64,000 nucleotides of DNA from a virus, in IMG/VR virus record IMGVR_UViG_3300028197_000962, positions 36,190 through 100,189 of that record. The stretch is one strand, 5' to 3'. The position numbers and the translations under genes were made by a program. This document shows, in pieces, positions 49,716 through 57,453 of the stretch. The notes under the pieces were generated by a model that was given only the letters and a program-made list of their open reading frames with translations, had not been told where the DNA came from and did not search any database. The stretch's first letter is position 1. The number at the start of each line of letters is the position of its first letter.

Positions 49716-50001
49716 ACAGCAATCGTTCTAATGCATTAAGATTTAGCACCATACTAGTATAGCACCTAGTATCCTTTATGTCTACCTTATTTCCTTGCTT
49801 GGTGGCATTGATAGGCGCATAGTAGCATTTCTTTTTTCTATCATAGAACCCCCAGATTGTCCTTGGAACTTTACTGGTATAAGAAAAGAAAGCATGATTA
49901 AGCAACCAGATACTAGAAAGATTACGCTTGAACTGTTGTACTTCATAAGAGAAACCTTTGGGGGCAATGTGATGGAAATCAGGTGGTAGTTCTAGTTCCA
50001 T
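49708..50001 (-). CDS. Hypothetical protein
   Basis: 97 aa, APKGFSYEV...RTIWGFY; coupled. Confidence 0.72.
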   Translation of the reverse strand: MELELPPDFHHIAPKGFSYEVQQFKRNLSSIWLLNHAFFSYTSKVPRTIWGFYDRKKKCYYAPINATKQGNKVDIKDTRCYTSMVLNLNALERLLYG

Positions 50002-50252
50002 CCAGTAGACTCATCAGGTGGAAACATCTTATAAAAAAGATCATCATCAGCATCATCTATCATATCACGTTGCTTAACGAGAAACTGAATTGAGGCATTG
50101 TAGTTGTCAATCTGTTTCTGTAATTCTTCTTTCTTAAAGTTCAACTCCATAATAGACTTATTGATCTCGACTCTATCCATGTCTTCTTTGATTGGGGTCA
50201 GTGATGTCATTTTAGAAAGTGCAGATTTAACGTTCAAAATGGTGCGCTCCAT
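49992..50252 (-). CDS. Hypothetical coiled-coil protein
   Basis: 86-aa ORF; start uncertain. Confidence 0.6.
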   Translation of the reverse strand: MERTILNVKSALSKMTSLTPIKEDMDRVEINKSIMELNFKKEELQKQIDNYNASIQFLVKQRDMIDDADDDLFYKMFPPDESTGWN

Positions 50253-50416
50253 GACTCATATTTCTTCATGGTGATATAACCTTCTTTGCAAAGATCATCA
50301 GTGAATATACCCCATGCTTCTCTCTTTGCATGAATGTTATCAACCACTGGATTTTGCTTGATTGCAACTTTCCAATTGTAGCGAAATTGTGCGACTGCTT
50401 GTGATTTAGTAATCAT
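50234..50416 (-). CDS. Hypothetical protein (probable paralogue of 51240-51407)
   Basis: C-terminal FTDDLCKEGYIT...W..PF. Confidence 0.7.
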   Translation of the reverse strand: MITKSQAVAQFRYNWKVAIKQNPVVDNIHAKREAWGIFTDDLCKEGYITMKKYESWSAPF

Positions 50417-50421
50417 GAGTT

Positions 50422-50628
50422 TCAGTTACCTGCTGTGTCGAATGATTCGTTGTAGACATCATAAAAGAGGTCAAATGCTGCTAAGTCATTTACAAACGGG
50501 GCAGACATTTCGCAGACCCAATCATATGCCATATCCAGGTCAGCATCGGTGCTGAGTAGGAAGGCAGGCAGGTCCCGCAGTGCTTGGATGAAGGCAGGAT
50601 CGGTGAGACGGAAATTTGTTTTGTTCAT
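50422..50628 (-). CDS. Hypothetical acidic protein, probably leaderless
   Basis: Start MNKTNFRL at 50628, 6 nt after a -10 box; longer track start lies inside the promoter. Confidence 0.68.
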   Translation of the reverse strand: MNKTNFRLTDPAFIQALRDLPAFLLSTDADLDMAYDWVCEMSAPFVNDLAAFDLFYDVYNESFDTAGN

Positions 50629-50634
50629 ACTGAT

Positions 50635-50694
50635 AGTATGGCAGATCTGAGGGAGAATTGCAAGCGATAGTGGACACTCTCCCAACTGGTTCAC
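50635..50694 (-). promoter_or_regulatory. Early promoter with upstream palindrome (copy 1)
   Basis: GTGAACCAGTTGGGAGAGTGTCCAC-6nt-TTGCAA-17-CATACT. Confidence 0.8.
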
Positions 50695-50942
50695 TTACCG
50701 ATTCCCATGGGATCATCTGCGCTATACTCCAAAGCAGAGAATGATGTTACGTTCTCATCTAAACATATGCCTGGATAATATCCTTCTGCTTCCTCAATTA
50801 GTTTATCAATTGTATACTCATCATACAATGAATTGAAGTAACTGAATAACACGTATCTCATTGTTTTGAGATCCATGTCATCAATCTGATTCATGATTAA
50901 TTGCTCTTGTAGTGCATCACGATCAACGATGTTGTCTTTCAT
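50691..50942 (-). CDS. Hypothetical protein
   Basis: 83-aa acidic ORF, ATGA overlap. Confidence 0.68.
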   Translation of the reverse strand: MKDNIVDRDALQEQLIMNQIDDMDLKTMRYVLFSYFNSLYDEYTIDKLIEEAEGYYPGICLDENVTSFSALEYSADDPMGIGK

Positions 50943-51088
50943 AGTGAAGTGAACTCCTCAACGTAATAGCGGGCAGAGATCTTTAATTGCTCTGCTTTTG
51001 TCATGATTTCATCGATCTGATCTTCTGATAGATCTTCGATGACCCATGTTAGATAGTGCAGATCTTCTTCGATAGTAGTTTCCATCAT
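50939..51088 (-). CDS. Hypothetical protein
   Basis: MMETTIEE...ISARYYVEEF; ATGA overlap with upstream stop. Confidence 0.62.
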   Translation of the reverse strand: MMETTIEEDLHYLTWVIEDLSEDQIDEIMTKAEQLKISARYYVEEFTSL

Positions 51089-51240
51089 ACTGTGAATTGC
51101 TCCTGACTGAATTCGTCGCATTTGATGTTCATTGTGTCAACGTCGTTGAAGAATTCCTCAACTTGTTGTTCATCCCACTTCTCATAAAGTGACATTAACT
51201 CTTGATCGCTTTCGAGTGCCATAGTGCAAGGATCTGTCAT
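51085..51240 (-). CDS. Small acidic hypothetical protein, below cutoff
   Basis: Manual translation MTDPCTMALESDQELMSLYEKWDEQQVEEFFNDVDTMNIKCDEFSQEQFTV; TAATG and ATGA junctions. Confidence 0.62.
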   Translation of the reverse strand: MTDPCTMALESDQELMSLYEKWDEQQVEEFFNDVDTMNIKCDEFSQEQFTV

Positions 51241-51407
51241 TAGAAAATGTGTGTCCATGATGAATGTTGTGCTTTGGTGATTCTACCGTCTTTGAGCATA
51301 CCGTCGCAAACTTGACAGAAAACGCTGAACTTTTCGAGTCTTGTGAGGTTTGAATCTATCTCGTTGGAGGTTTCACCAACGACACGAATGAGAGTCTTTT
51401 TAAGCAT
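51240..51407 (-). CDS. Small hypothetical protein, below cutoff
   Basis: Manual translation MLKKTLIRVVGETSNEIDSNLTRLEKFSVFCQVCDGMLKDGRITKAQHSSWTHIF. Confidence 0.68.
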   Translation of the reverse strand: MLKKTLIRVVGETSNEIDSNLTRLEKFSVFCQVCDGMLKDGRITKAQHSSWTHIF

Positions 51408-51415
51408 CGTAAGAA

Positions 51416-51763
51416 TCAGGCAAAGATGAATCCGTTGGTGAAATCGTAGGTATTGAAGACTTTGCTTTGTCCTGCCATTCCTACGAACTTGTCAACATAC
51501 CACTGAAAGTTCTTCTGATAGACACACTCTCCATCAATGCAGAATTCTTCGCAAAGTGCATTGAGGCGTGATTTTGTGGTGGTAGACTGCCAACCACCGT
51601 CGAAGATTGTCATGGTGTCGTCTGAAACTTCTGCAATCTTGTTACCATGAAGACGAACGACGCTGACGCCTGAGGTCTCATCAAAATAAACTGCCGTGTT
51701 TCCTGACTGCCAATTGGCGTTGGATTGGATAGCGGCGTTCATCTGGGTTTCGATCTTGCGCAT
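51416..51763 (-). CDS. Hypothetical early protein
   Basis: MRKIETQM, LHGNKIA, TTKSRLNAL; first gene after early promoter copy 2. Confidence 0.8.
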   Translation of the reverse strand: MRKIETQMNAAIQSNANWQSGNTAVYFDETSGVSVVRLHGNKIAEVSDDTMTIFDGGWQSTTTKSRLNALCEEFCIDGECVYQKNFQWYVDKFVGMAGQSKVFNTYDFTNGFIFA

Positions 51764-51796
51764 GAGTGGTTTGAGTGGTGTTCCTTTGACTCTTTA

Positions 51797-51855
51797 ATAA
51801 TACACGATTTTGGGCGTCACGCAACGGGGCTTAGACCTCTTTGGCGACTGTCACA
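51797..51855 (-). promoter_or_regulatory. Early promoter with upstream palindrome (copy 2)
   Basis: TGTGACAGTCGCCAAAGAGGTCTAA-6nt-TTGCGT-16-TATTAT; shares a 26-nt block with copy 3. Confidence 0.68.
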
Positions 51856-52170
51856 CCAACGGTCGTAAAGTATACTCTCCATGTGATATGCTTGATCTTC
51901 TCTCACTCTTTCAGTCAAAATGCCTGACTCGTTTTGTATTACATGCACTAATTCATGCAATAAAGTAGTAATATAGTCCGATTCGTTCAAGTTTTTATCA
52001 ATCTGTATAAATTGCTCATTTCCATTTGTTTCGGTGAACCCTAGGGCGTTTTCGGAACTAAGATCGGTGTGAAATACCTCAACATCACTTTGGATGGGAA
52101 ATTGCGATGTGAAGAAGTCAAAAACGTCCTGTGTAGGATAGTTCATTGATCTGCCGGAAGTGAATAACAT
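51817..52170 (-). CDS. Small zincin-like (HExxH) protein
   Basis: TTLLHELVHVIQ with downstream EDQAY. Confidence 0.7.
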   Translation of the reverse strand: MLFTSGRSMNYPTQDVFDFFTSQFPIQSDVEVFHTDLSSENALGFTETNGNEQFIQIDKNLNESDYITTLLHELVHVIQNESGILTERVREDQAYHMESILYDRWCDSRQRGLSPVA

Positions 52171-52340
52171 CAGTTTGCGGGTTCTGGGAACTTGATTGCT
52201 TTAAGAATGTCCTGATAGTCTCTAACCTCGATCTCATCAAAGTCATATTCCTGTTGCTCTAAGCAATAGGTGATCAGATCGATTTGATCGGGTGAGAGTG
52301 TAACTTTGAGCATTGATCTCGATAGGGTTGACTTCATCAT
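52170..52340 (-). CDS. Hypothetical protein
   Basis: Small ORF with overlapping junctions; start uncertain. Confidence 0.55.
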   Translation of the reverse strand: MMKSTLSRSMLKVTLSPDQIDLITYCLEQQEYDFDEIEVRDYQDILKAIKFPEPAN

Positions 52341-52537
52341 TTTAGCATAGATTTCTCTTTTTTGCATATTGCACGGATGTAAGTCCATGCCGTTGAGTGA
52401 TTACGAAATCTCCTCATCTCGTTCTTTGTTCCTAACTCTGTCAGAGCAACATACATCGCTTTTTTGATAGGCATCGCGACATGATTGCCGCATTTGCATA
52501 CTATCGGGGGATGTGGGTCCAGGATTTGAGGGTTCAA
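52337..52537 (-). CDS. Hypothetical protein
   Basis: 66-aa ORF filling the gap; start uncertain. Confidence 0.5.
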   Translation of the reverse strand: MNPQILDPHPPIVCKCGNHVAMPIKKAMYVALTELGTKNEMRRFRNHSTAWTYIRAICKKEKSMLK

Positions 52538-52557
52538 GGAGATTGTAGAGATATTGT

Positions 52558-52737
52558 TTAATTAGTGACATATGTTTGCTTGATTGCATCGGTCTTGAAT
52601 CGTCTGCATAACTTGAATAGGAGTTTCAAGTCATCCTCAATCACATATCGAAACGAGTCAGATTCGATGATGAACTTACCATCTTCCATCCAGATTTGTG
52701 GGAGTTGTTTCTTGTAGATTGGGAAGTCAGTTGGCAT
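52558..52737 (-). CDS. Small hypothetical protein, below cutoff
   Basis: Manual translation MPTDFPIYKKQLPQIWMEDGKFIIESDSFRYVIEDDLKLLFKLCRRFKTDAIKQTYVTN. Confidence 0.65.
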   Translation of the reverse strand: MPTDFPIYKKQLPQIWMEDGKFIIESDSFRYVIEDDLKLLFKLCRRFKTDAIKQTYVTN

Positions 52738-52741
52738 GATG

Positions 52742-52849
52742 TTAGTTAGTGTGGGGTGAGTTGATAACTGTAACCCAGTTAGTTGGGGGTGATAGTTTGT
52801 TCGATACTTTCACCCAACGACCTTTGAAACGAACGAGAGTAAATTTCAT
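52742..52849 (-). CDS. 35-aa hypothetical protein
   Basis: Manual translation MKFTLVRFKGRWVKVSNKLSPPTNWVTVINSPHTN; fits the gap with 3-4 nt spacers. Confidence 0.5.
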   Translation of the reverse strand: MKFTLVRFKGRWVKVSNKLSPPTNWVTVINSPHTN

Positions 52850-52852
52850 TAA

Positions 52853-53125
52853 TCAACCCACACATGCCATGGGAGCATACTCAGAGCGAGGCATCTTGTC
52901 AACGTTGAAACCAGTAACCTCAGCACCTTTGGCAATACGTGAAGCAATCTCATGTTTGAAGTCAATAGCACCAATAGTGCTGTATGAGTTCTGATTACTG
53001 CCACGGAAATAAACACGTTTGACGAAACGACGAACGGTAACTTTCATTCCTTTGATGTCATCAGACTCAGCGATGAATGCCTCAGGGAAGAAATCAACGA
53101 CGACGGCAGAGTTTGAAATTTGCAT
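52853..53125 (-). CDS. Hypothetical early protein
   Basis: 90 aa, first gene after early promoter copy 3. Confidence 0.75.
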   Translation of the reverse strand: MQISNSAVVVDFFPEAFIAESDDIKGMKVTVRRFVKRVYFRGSNQNSYSTIGAIDFKHEIASRIAKGAEVTGFNVDKMPRSEYAPMACVG

Positions 53126-53149
53126 GTGGTGTTTTCCTTTGACTCTTTA

Positions 53150-53208
53150 ATAATACACGGTTTTGACCCCTGTGGGGGGATCAGTGGACACTTTGACCAA
53201 CTGTCCAC
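53150..53208 (-). promoter_or_regulatory. Early promoter with upstream palindrome (copy 3)
   Basis: GTGGACA-N11-TGTCCAC perfect outer dyad, -10 TATTAT, no clear -35. Confidence 0.72.
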
Positions 53209-53220
53209 CAGCGGTGGCAA

Positions 53221-53311
53221 GGGATCTGGGGATGATGTAAACTGATTTTTCGATATTTTCGTTTGAAACGGGTGTTACGTCATCCCCGTAACTCCCGATA
53301 TGGAAAAATCA
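53221..53311. ncRNA. Candidate structured non-coding element (nested stems plus pseudoknot)
   Basis: Three long complementary pairs found by hand in a gene-free gap (see findings); strand unresolved. Confidence 0.55.
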
Positions 53312-53321
53312 CTAAATGATG

Positions 53322-53468
53322 CTAACTTCCCACGATTGGATTGACTCCTATCACCTTTGCAGTAGGATTTCGTGCCAAAGCTGTCTCTCTGGCATCCTTA
53401 TGACTAGTAGCATGTACTTCCTCTTTGAAAATTGTGCCACCAACATACAACTTGACTTCCCATTTCAT
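53322..53468 (-). CDS. Small hypothetical protein, below cutoff
   Basis: Manual translation MKWEVKLYVGGTIFKEEVHATSHKDARETALARNPTAKVIGVNPIVGS; ATGA overlap. Confidence 0.72.
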   Translation of the reverse strand: MKWEVKLYVGGTIFKEEVHATSHKDARETALARNPTAKVIGVNPIVGS

Positions 53469-53683
53469 AGAGGTGAAAACAATTTAGTAGATGAGATGAT
53501 TAATAAGAAAGAGAGCATGATTACCACGTCCCACGATTTTGTTCTGATGAAGAATGGCACTGAGATAGCATCACCAATGAACTGCATAATCACTCCCAAT
53601 GATAGATTCACATGGAGAATGATGAAATATGCAGTGACCACAAGAAACGATCCTATGATTCTGCCAGCAATGTCAATCTTCAT
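53465..53683 (-). CDS. Small membrane protein
   Basis: 72 aa with about three hydrophobic segments. Confidence 0.7.
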   Translation of the reverse strand: MKIDIAGRIIGSFLVVTAYFIILHVNLSLGVIMQFIGDAISVPFFIRTKSWDVVIMLSFLLIISSTKLFSPL

Positions 53684-53685
53684 TA

Positions 53686-54588
53686 CTAAACATTTGCAAA
53701 CTTTTCGTTATTGAAGTTAGCACGAGAGAATTGAAAGCGATCAACGAGTTTAAACACACCAAACTGATTGATCATGACATAACCCTCGCCACGACATTGG
53801 CGTCCGTCAACATATGCTCTGGGACCATTGTTGCGACATAGCATCAGCATATCCATTTTGATTGATGCTACTAACTGCCACAAACGCAGCGTATTTACAT
53901 CGACTTGATTTGCATATGCAAGGGCATCAAGTGTAATGTCGTCGATGTTAAGACCTGATCGAATGATGCCATTGAATTGTTTTTGAAGCGATGCAGAATC
54001 CTTAGACTCCAAGAACTCACACGTGGTAGACATTTGACGTGCGAATGCAATCTTCTGACTGAAATCAGCATCAGTTACCCAACACTTAGGATGGACCCAT
54101 TTGACCTGATCGCTGTCTTTGTATGGAAGATATTGAAGAGGGTGAGCAACAGCATCACGCAGATCTTTGTCTGCTGTGTAGATTGTATGCGGTGCAATAA
54201 TGATAGTCTGATCGATTATCTCATCAAAAACATATGTAATAGTGTTAGGGGTATAAGTGTCATCACCTCCAATGCCAATGAAATCACCTTGAAGAATGCG
54301 ATTTGTTCGTGGAAGATTAGCAAAACAAGCATGGAGAATGATTGCTACCTCACCAGAATGATTCTGTTCGATCTCATCGTGCGAGTGATTGATCTTGATC
54401 TTGACTTTGTTGAACACAGACTTTGTGCCAACAAAGAATTTACCATTAGCAGGATTAGTACCCCAAACGATAGCGGGAGCTCCGTCAATCTTGACTGATA
54501 AGTGTGATTCTGCTGTGAACCAATCTAGAACTGAGAGATCACCCGTCAGGATGGAGTCTTCCGCGTGTTGGAGGTGTGTGTTTTTCAT
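53686..54588 (-). CDS. DUF6267-like protein with ATP-dependent ligase/nucleotidyltransferase motifs
   Basis: KIDG (motif I), QGDF, GEGYV, FKLV; KNTHLQHAED N-terminus. Confidence 0.8.
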   Translation of the reverse strand: MKNTHLQHAEDSILTGDLSVLDWFTAESHLSVKIDGAPAIVWGTNPANGKFFVGTKSVFNKVKIKINHSHDEIEQNHSGEVAIILHACFANLPRTNRILQGDFIGIGGDDTYTPNTITYVFDEIIDQTIIIAPHTIYTADKDLRDAVAHPLQYLPYKDSDQVKWVHPKCWVTDADFSQKIAFARQMSTTCEFLESKDSASLQKQFNGIIRSGLNIDDITLDALAYANQVDVNTLRLWQLVASIKMDMLMLCRNNGPRAYVDGRQCRGEGYVMINQFGVFKLVDRFQFSRANFNNEKFANV

Positions 54589-54594
54589 ACTATT

Positions 54595-54654
54595 AGTATG
54601 CCATGGAATGGGGTGAAAGTCAAGTGGTAGTGGACAGTTGTAGAACTGGTATCA
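54595..54654 (-). promoter_or_regulatory. Early promoter with upstream palindrome (copy 4)
   Basis: TGATACCAGTTCTACAACTGTCCAC-6nt-TTGACT-17-CATACT. Confidence 0.82.
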
Positions 54655-55434
54655 ATTCATTGCATTTAAGAGAGGATTATTGGTAGTCTTGTTAATCCAT
54701 TCATCTGCTTTTTCATAGTATTCTGCACTATTTTCAATGCCAATGTATTGACGATTTGTATTGATACACGCAATGCAAGTAGAACCAGATCCCATGCAAT
54801 TATCCATCACAACATCACCCTCATTGCTATATGTTTTAATGAAGTATTCAATCATTTCAACTGGTTTCTGTGTTGGATGAAACTTCAAAGGATTGTCATT
54901 GTTGACGACAGAAAACTTCAAAATGTCACGAGGGTAACGTATAGTTCTACCATCAGAATTGCCGAGTCTCTTATCAACGTGATTATAATTGCGTTTTTTA
55001 TCTGGTGCAGGCATGTTATCACGTGGCAGCACTGCATTCATCGGTTTATGACCTGTTGTCATCTGAGGATTGTAAGTTGGCAACTTACGATAAAATATCA
55101 GCACGTTTTCATGGGCTTTCATTGGCATTTTCTTCGCATTAAGATGCCCTGTTGCTTTATTCTTTTCCCAGATCCATTCATACTTAAAATATTTCAAATT
55201 AGAACATGCAAGAATCTTATCGAACGGTGGTTGTGCAGTAAGAACAATCGCACCATTTTCTTTCACGATACGATTATATTGTGCCCACAATTCATCAAAT
55301 GAAATCAAGCAGTCCCAATCGTTTTGTGTTGTTCCATATGGAAGATCACAAAAAATCATATCTACACAACCATCAGGAAGTGTAGACATAACATCCAAAC
55401 ATTTTCCTTTGAAAATTCTATTCATACTGCTCAA
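54652..55434 (-). CDS. N6-adenine/N4-cytosine DNA methyltransferase, beta class
   Basis: Catalytic DLPY precedes HPTQKP and the SAM motif DNCMGSGST. Confidence 0.93.
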   Translation of the reverse strand: MSSMNRIFKGKCLDVMSTLPDGCVDMIFCDLPYGTTQNDWDCLISFDELWAQYNRIVKENGAIVLTAQPPFDKILACSNLKYFKYEWIWEKNKATGHLNAKKMPMKAHENVLIFYRKLPTYNPQMTTGHKPMNAVLPRDNMPAPDKKRNYNHVDKRLGNSDGRTIRYPRDILKFSVVNNDNPLKFHPTQKPVEMIEYFIKTYSNEGDVVMDNCMGSGSTCIACINTNRQYIGIENSAEYYEKADEWINKTTNNPLLNAMN

Positions 55435-56018
55435 ACAACTGGCATAGGGGTAAGGTTGATCGGGTTGATTGTATTATAATCCGTTTGGTTCTTCATTTCA
55501 GTGACATTTTCAATATCATAATATAGATCAATGACATTAACTTTATCACCATATTGATCCTGTAAAACGTTTTCAATCTTAGTGCGATTCTTAGATCTCA
55601 CCACATTATCAAATCCTTTAACATTTCCTGTTTTTGTAAACATAGGTGCTAAACGAGGCATAACACTCACAAACAAGATTTTATCAAGTTTATTACAATC
55701 AGAGGCATAACAGAGTCGTGCTGACTCACCAATCGTAGTATTTGCATAATTCTTCATATTTTTATTAACACTGCTTTGATATGCTTTATCAAGAATTACA
55801 ATTCTTATGATATCATCAGTATCAAATCCTACCATATCAACCTGAAACGTTCCACCAAAAGCGTCATTGATCTTATATTCAAACTCCCAACGATATTCTG
55901 CCATCTCAGGATTAACGTTGAGAATCTCATTTAACAATGCTTTGTGCAGTTCATCAGTGCGATCCTTGCTGCGAACATTCTGGAATGAAGTAGTCAGGAA
56001 CTCGGAGAGGAATGGCAT
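55431..56018 (-). CDS. Putative PD-(D/E)xK restriction endonuclease
   Basis: EYKI...QVDMVG...ILDK followed by SSVNKNMKNY..TTIGE; ATGA-coupled to the methyltransferase; start placed at MPFLSEF. Confidence 0.5.
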   Translation of the reverse strand: MPFLSEFLTTSFQNVRSKDRTDELHKALLNEILNVNPEMAEYRWEFEYKINDAFGGTFQVDMVGFDTDDIIRIVILDKAYQSSVNKNMKNYANTTIGESARLCYASDCNKLDKILFVSVMPRLAPMFTKTGNVKGFDNVVRSKNRTKIENVLQDQYGDKVNVIDLYYDIENVTEMKNQTDYNTINPINLTPMPVV

Positions 56019-56040
56019 CGGTGTTTTGTTTGTTGATACA

Positions 56041-56100
56041 ATCATAGCAGACCCTTAGGCGTGTTGTGTGGATGAGTAGACCGGTTTGCGAGGTGGCACA
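56041..56100 (-). promoter_or_regulatory. Early promoter with upstream palindrome (copy 5)
   Basis: TGTGCCACCTCGCAAACCGGTCTAC, 29 nt upstream of -10 TATGAT (with TGn); no -35. Confidence 0.65.
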
Positions 56101-56104
56101 GTCA

Positions 56105-56233
56105 TCATGACCAGGAAGCGGGTTTTATTCTATTCCTATGATAAGTTTCCAAAGTTTCATCAAAACTATCATCCAACTTATCTTCTGTCAGTTTCAGAAG
56201 ATATTCAAGAATCATACGATTAGTAATTTTCAT
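56105..56233 (-). CDS. 42-aa hypothetical protein
   Basis: MKITNRMILEYLLKLTEDKLDDSFDETLETYHRNRIKPASWS; ATGA overlap with the helicase stop. Confidence 0.45.
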   Translation of the reverse strand: MKITNRMILEYLLKLTEDKLDDSFDETLETYHRNRIKPASWS

Positions 56234-57432
56234 CGGCGCACCACACTATCTAACATCTCACCCTTCTCGAAGACGGTATCAACAACCGACTGCAATGCTC
56301 GCTCGGTAGCAACACCAACCTGAGAGTATACAGGCACGACACACAAACCAAACGCCTTAGATTGGTTGCCTGTACGCAATACACGACCGATAGTCTGTGT
56401 CATCTCAATCACATCCATGTTGCGAAGGAAGATGACAGTTTCCAGTTCGCTGACGTTGATACCCTCAGAGAGAATAGAACGATGTAGAACAACAAACTTT
56501 TTCTCAGGATCGCGACCCCAAGCATTCAACGTCTCGAAGAATACCTCACGATTGACTTTCTTACCATCGATGACTGCACCCGTCTTCGATGTGATATAGA
56601 GGCATGAATAACCACGGATACCAAGATCTTTGGCAAAGTCAGTGTGTGCCATCAAGTTGATGAGTTGACGTGAAGTCTTGACACATACTAGAATCTTCTT
56701 TGTGTTAGTCTCATCAATTGTATCCATCACATTTTCTGAATCAGTCTCACACGAAATCATCCGTGAGTTCTTGTGAATATCAAACATCTTTGCTTGAATA
56801 CGAGGAGGGATGATGTATCCACCTTCTACCAACTCAGGAGCAGAAACACGGGCAATGATTTGACCATAGACTGCCTCATCATTCATGCCTGGTTTATTGA
56901 TAGTGATTGAAGTCTTGCGCGTAGCTGTGAAGAAGTAGCAACGATCTGCCTCATAAGAGAAGAACTCAGTGGGAGGGAAGAAGTTACGCTTAACGCTGTT
57001 ATGTGCCTCGTCAAAGTATATTGTGTTGACCTCAATGTCTGCCTCCATGATACGATGGAGAGAATTGTAGGTAGTGAAGATGATGACGTTCTCACCCATA
57101 CTACGGGCGCAACCTGCATACAGATGAATCTTATCTGCCTTAGTGGTGCTAGTGTAGCGTGTTTCACCACTGTGAACGTGCATCACATGCAGATATGGGT
57201 CACTGTTGTTAGGATCAATGATCTCCATAAACTCGCTGCAAAGTTGTTCTGCCAGCAGAATACGAGGAGCAACAACAACTGTGGTGGTGCCGTTGTTGAT
57301 ACTATCTAGACGATTCTTGGTGTCTGTGATCATGCACATTGTCTTACCACCGCCAGTGGGGACAATCACCTGCCCTTTGTCATAGGAACCCATACGATCG
57401 ACAATCCGTTGCTGATGGGGACGCAGTTGCAT
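56230..57432 (-). CDS. SF2 DEAH helicase (ResIII-like)
   Basis: LRPHQ (Q motif), PTGGGKT, DEAH, TAT, LSEGIN, QTIGRVLR; start at MQLRPHQ after the promoter. Confidence 0.92.
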   Translation of the reverse strand: MQLRPHQQRIVDRMGSYDKGQVIVPTGGGKTMCMITDTKNRLDSINNGTTTVVVAPRILLAEQLCSEFMEIIDPNNSDPYLHVMHVHSGETRYTSTTKADKIHLYAGCARSMGENVIIFTTYNSLHRIMEADIEVNTIYFDEAHNSVKRNFFPPTEFFSYEADRCYFFTATRKTSITINKPGMNDEAVYGQIIARVSAPELVEGGYIIPPRIQAKMFDIHKNSRMISCETDSENVMDTIDETNTKKILVCVKTSRQLINLMAHTDFAKDLGIRGYSCLYITSKTGAVIDGKKVNREVFFETLNAWGRDPEKKFVVLHRSILSEGINVSELETVIFLRNMDVIEMTQTIGRVLRTGNQSKAFGLCVVPVYSQVGVATERALQSVVDTVFEKGEMLDSVVRR

Positions 57433-57453
57433 GAAGATCTCTGATATGAATAT

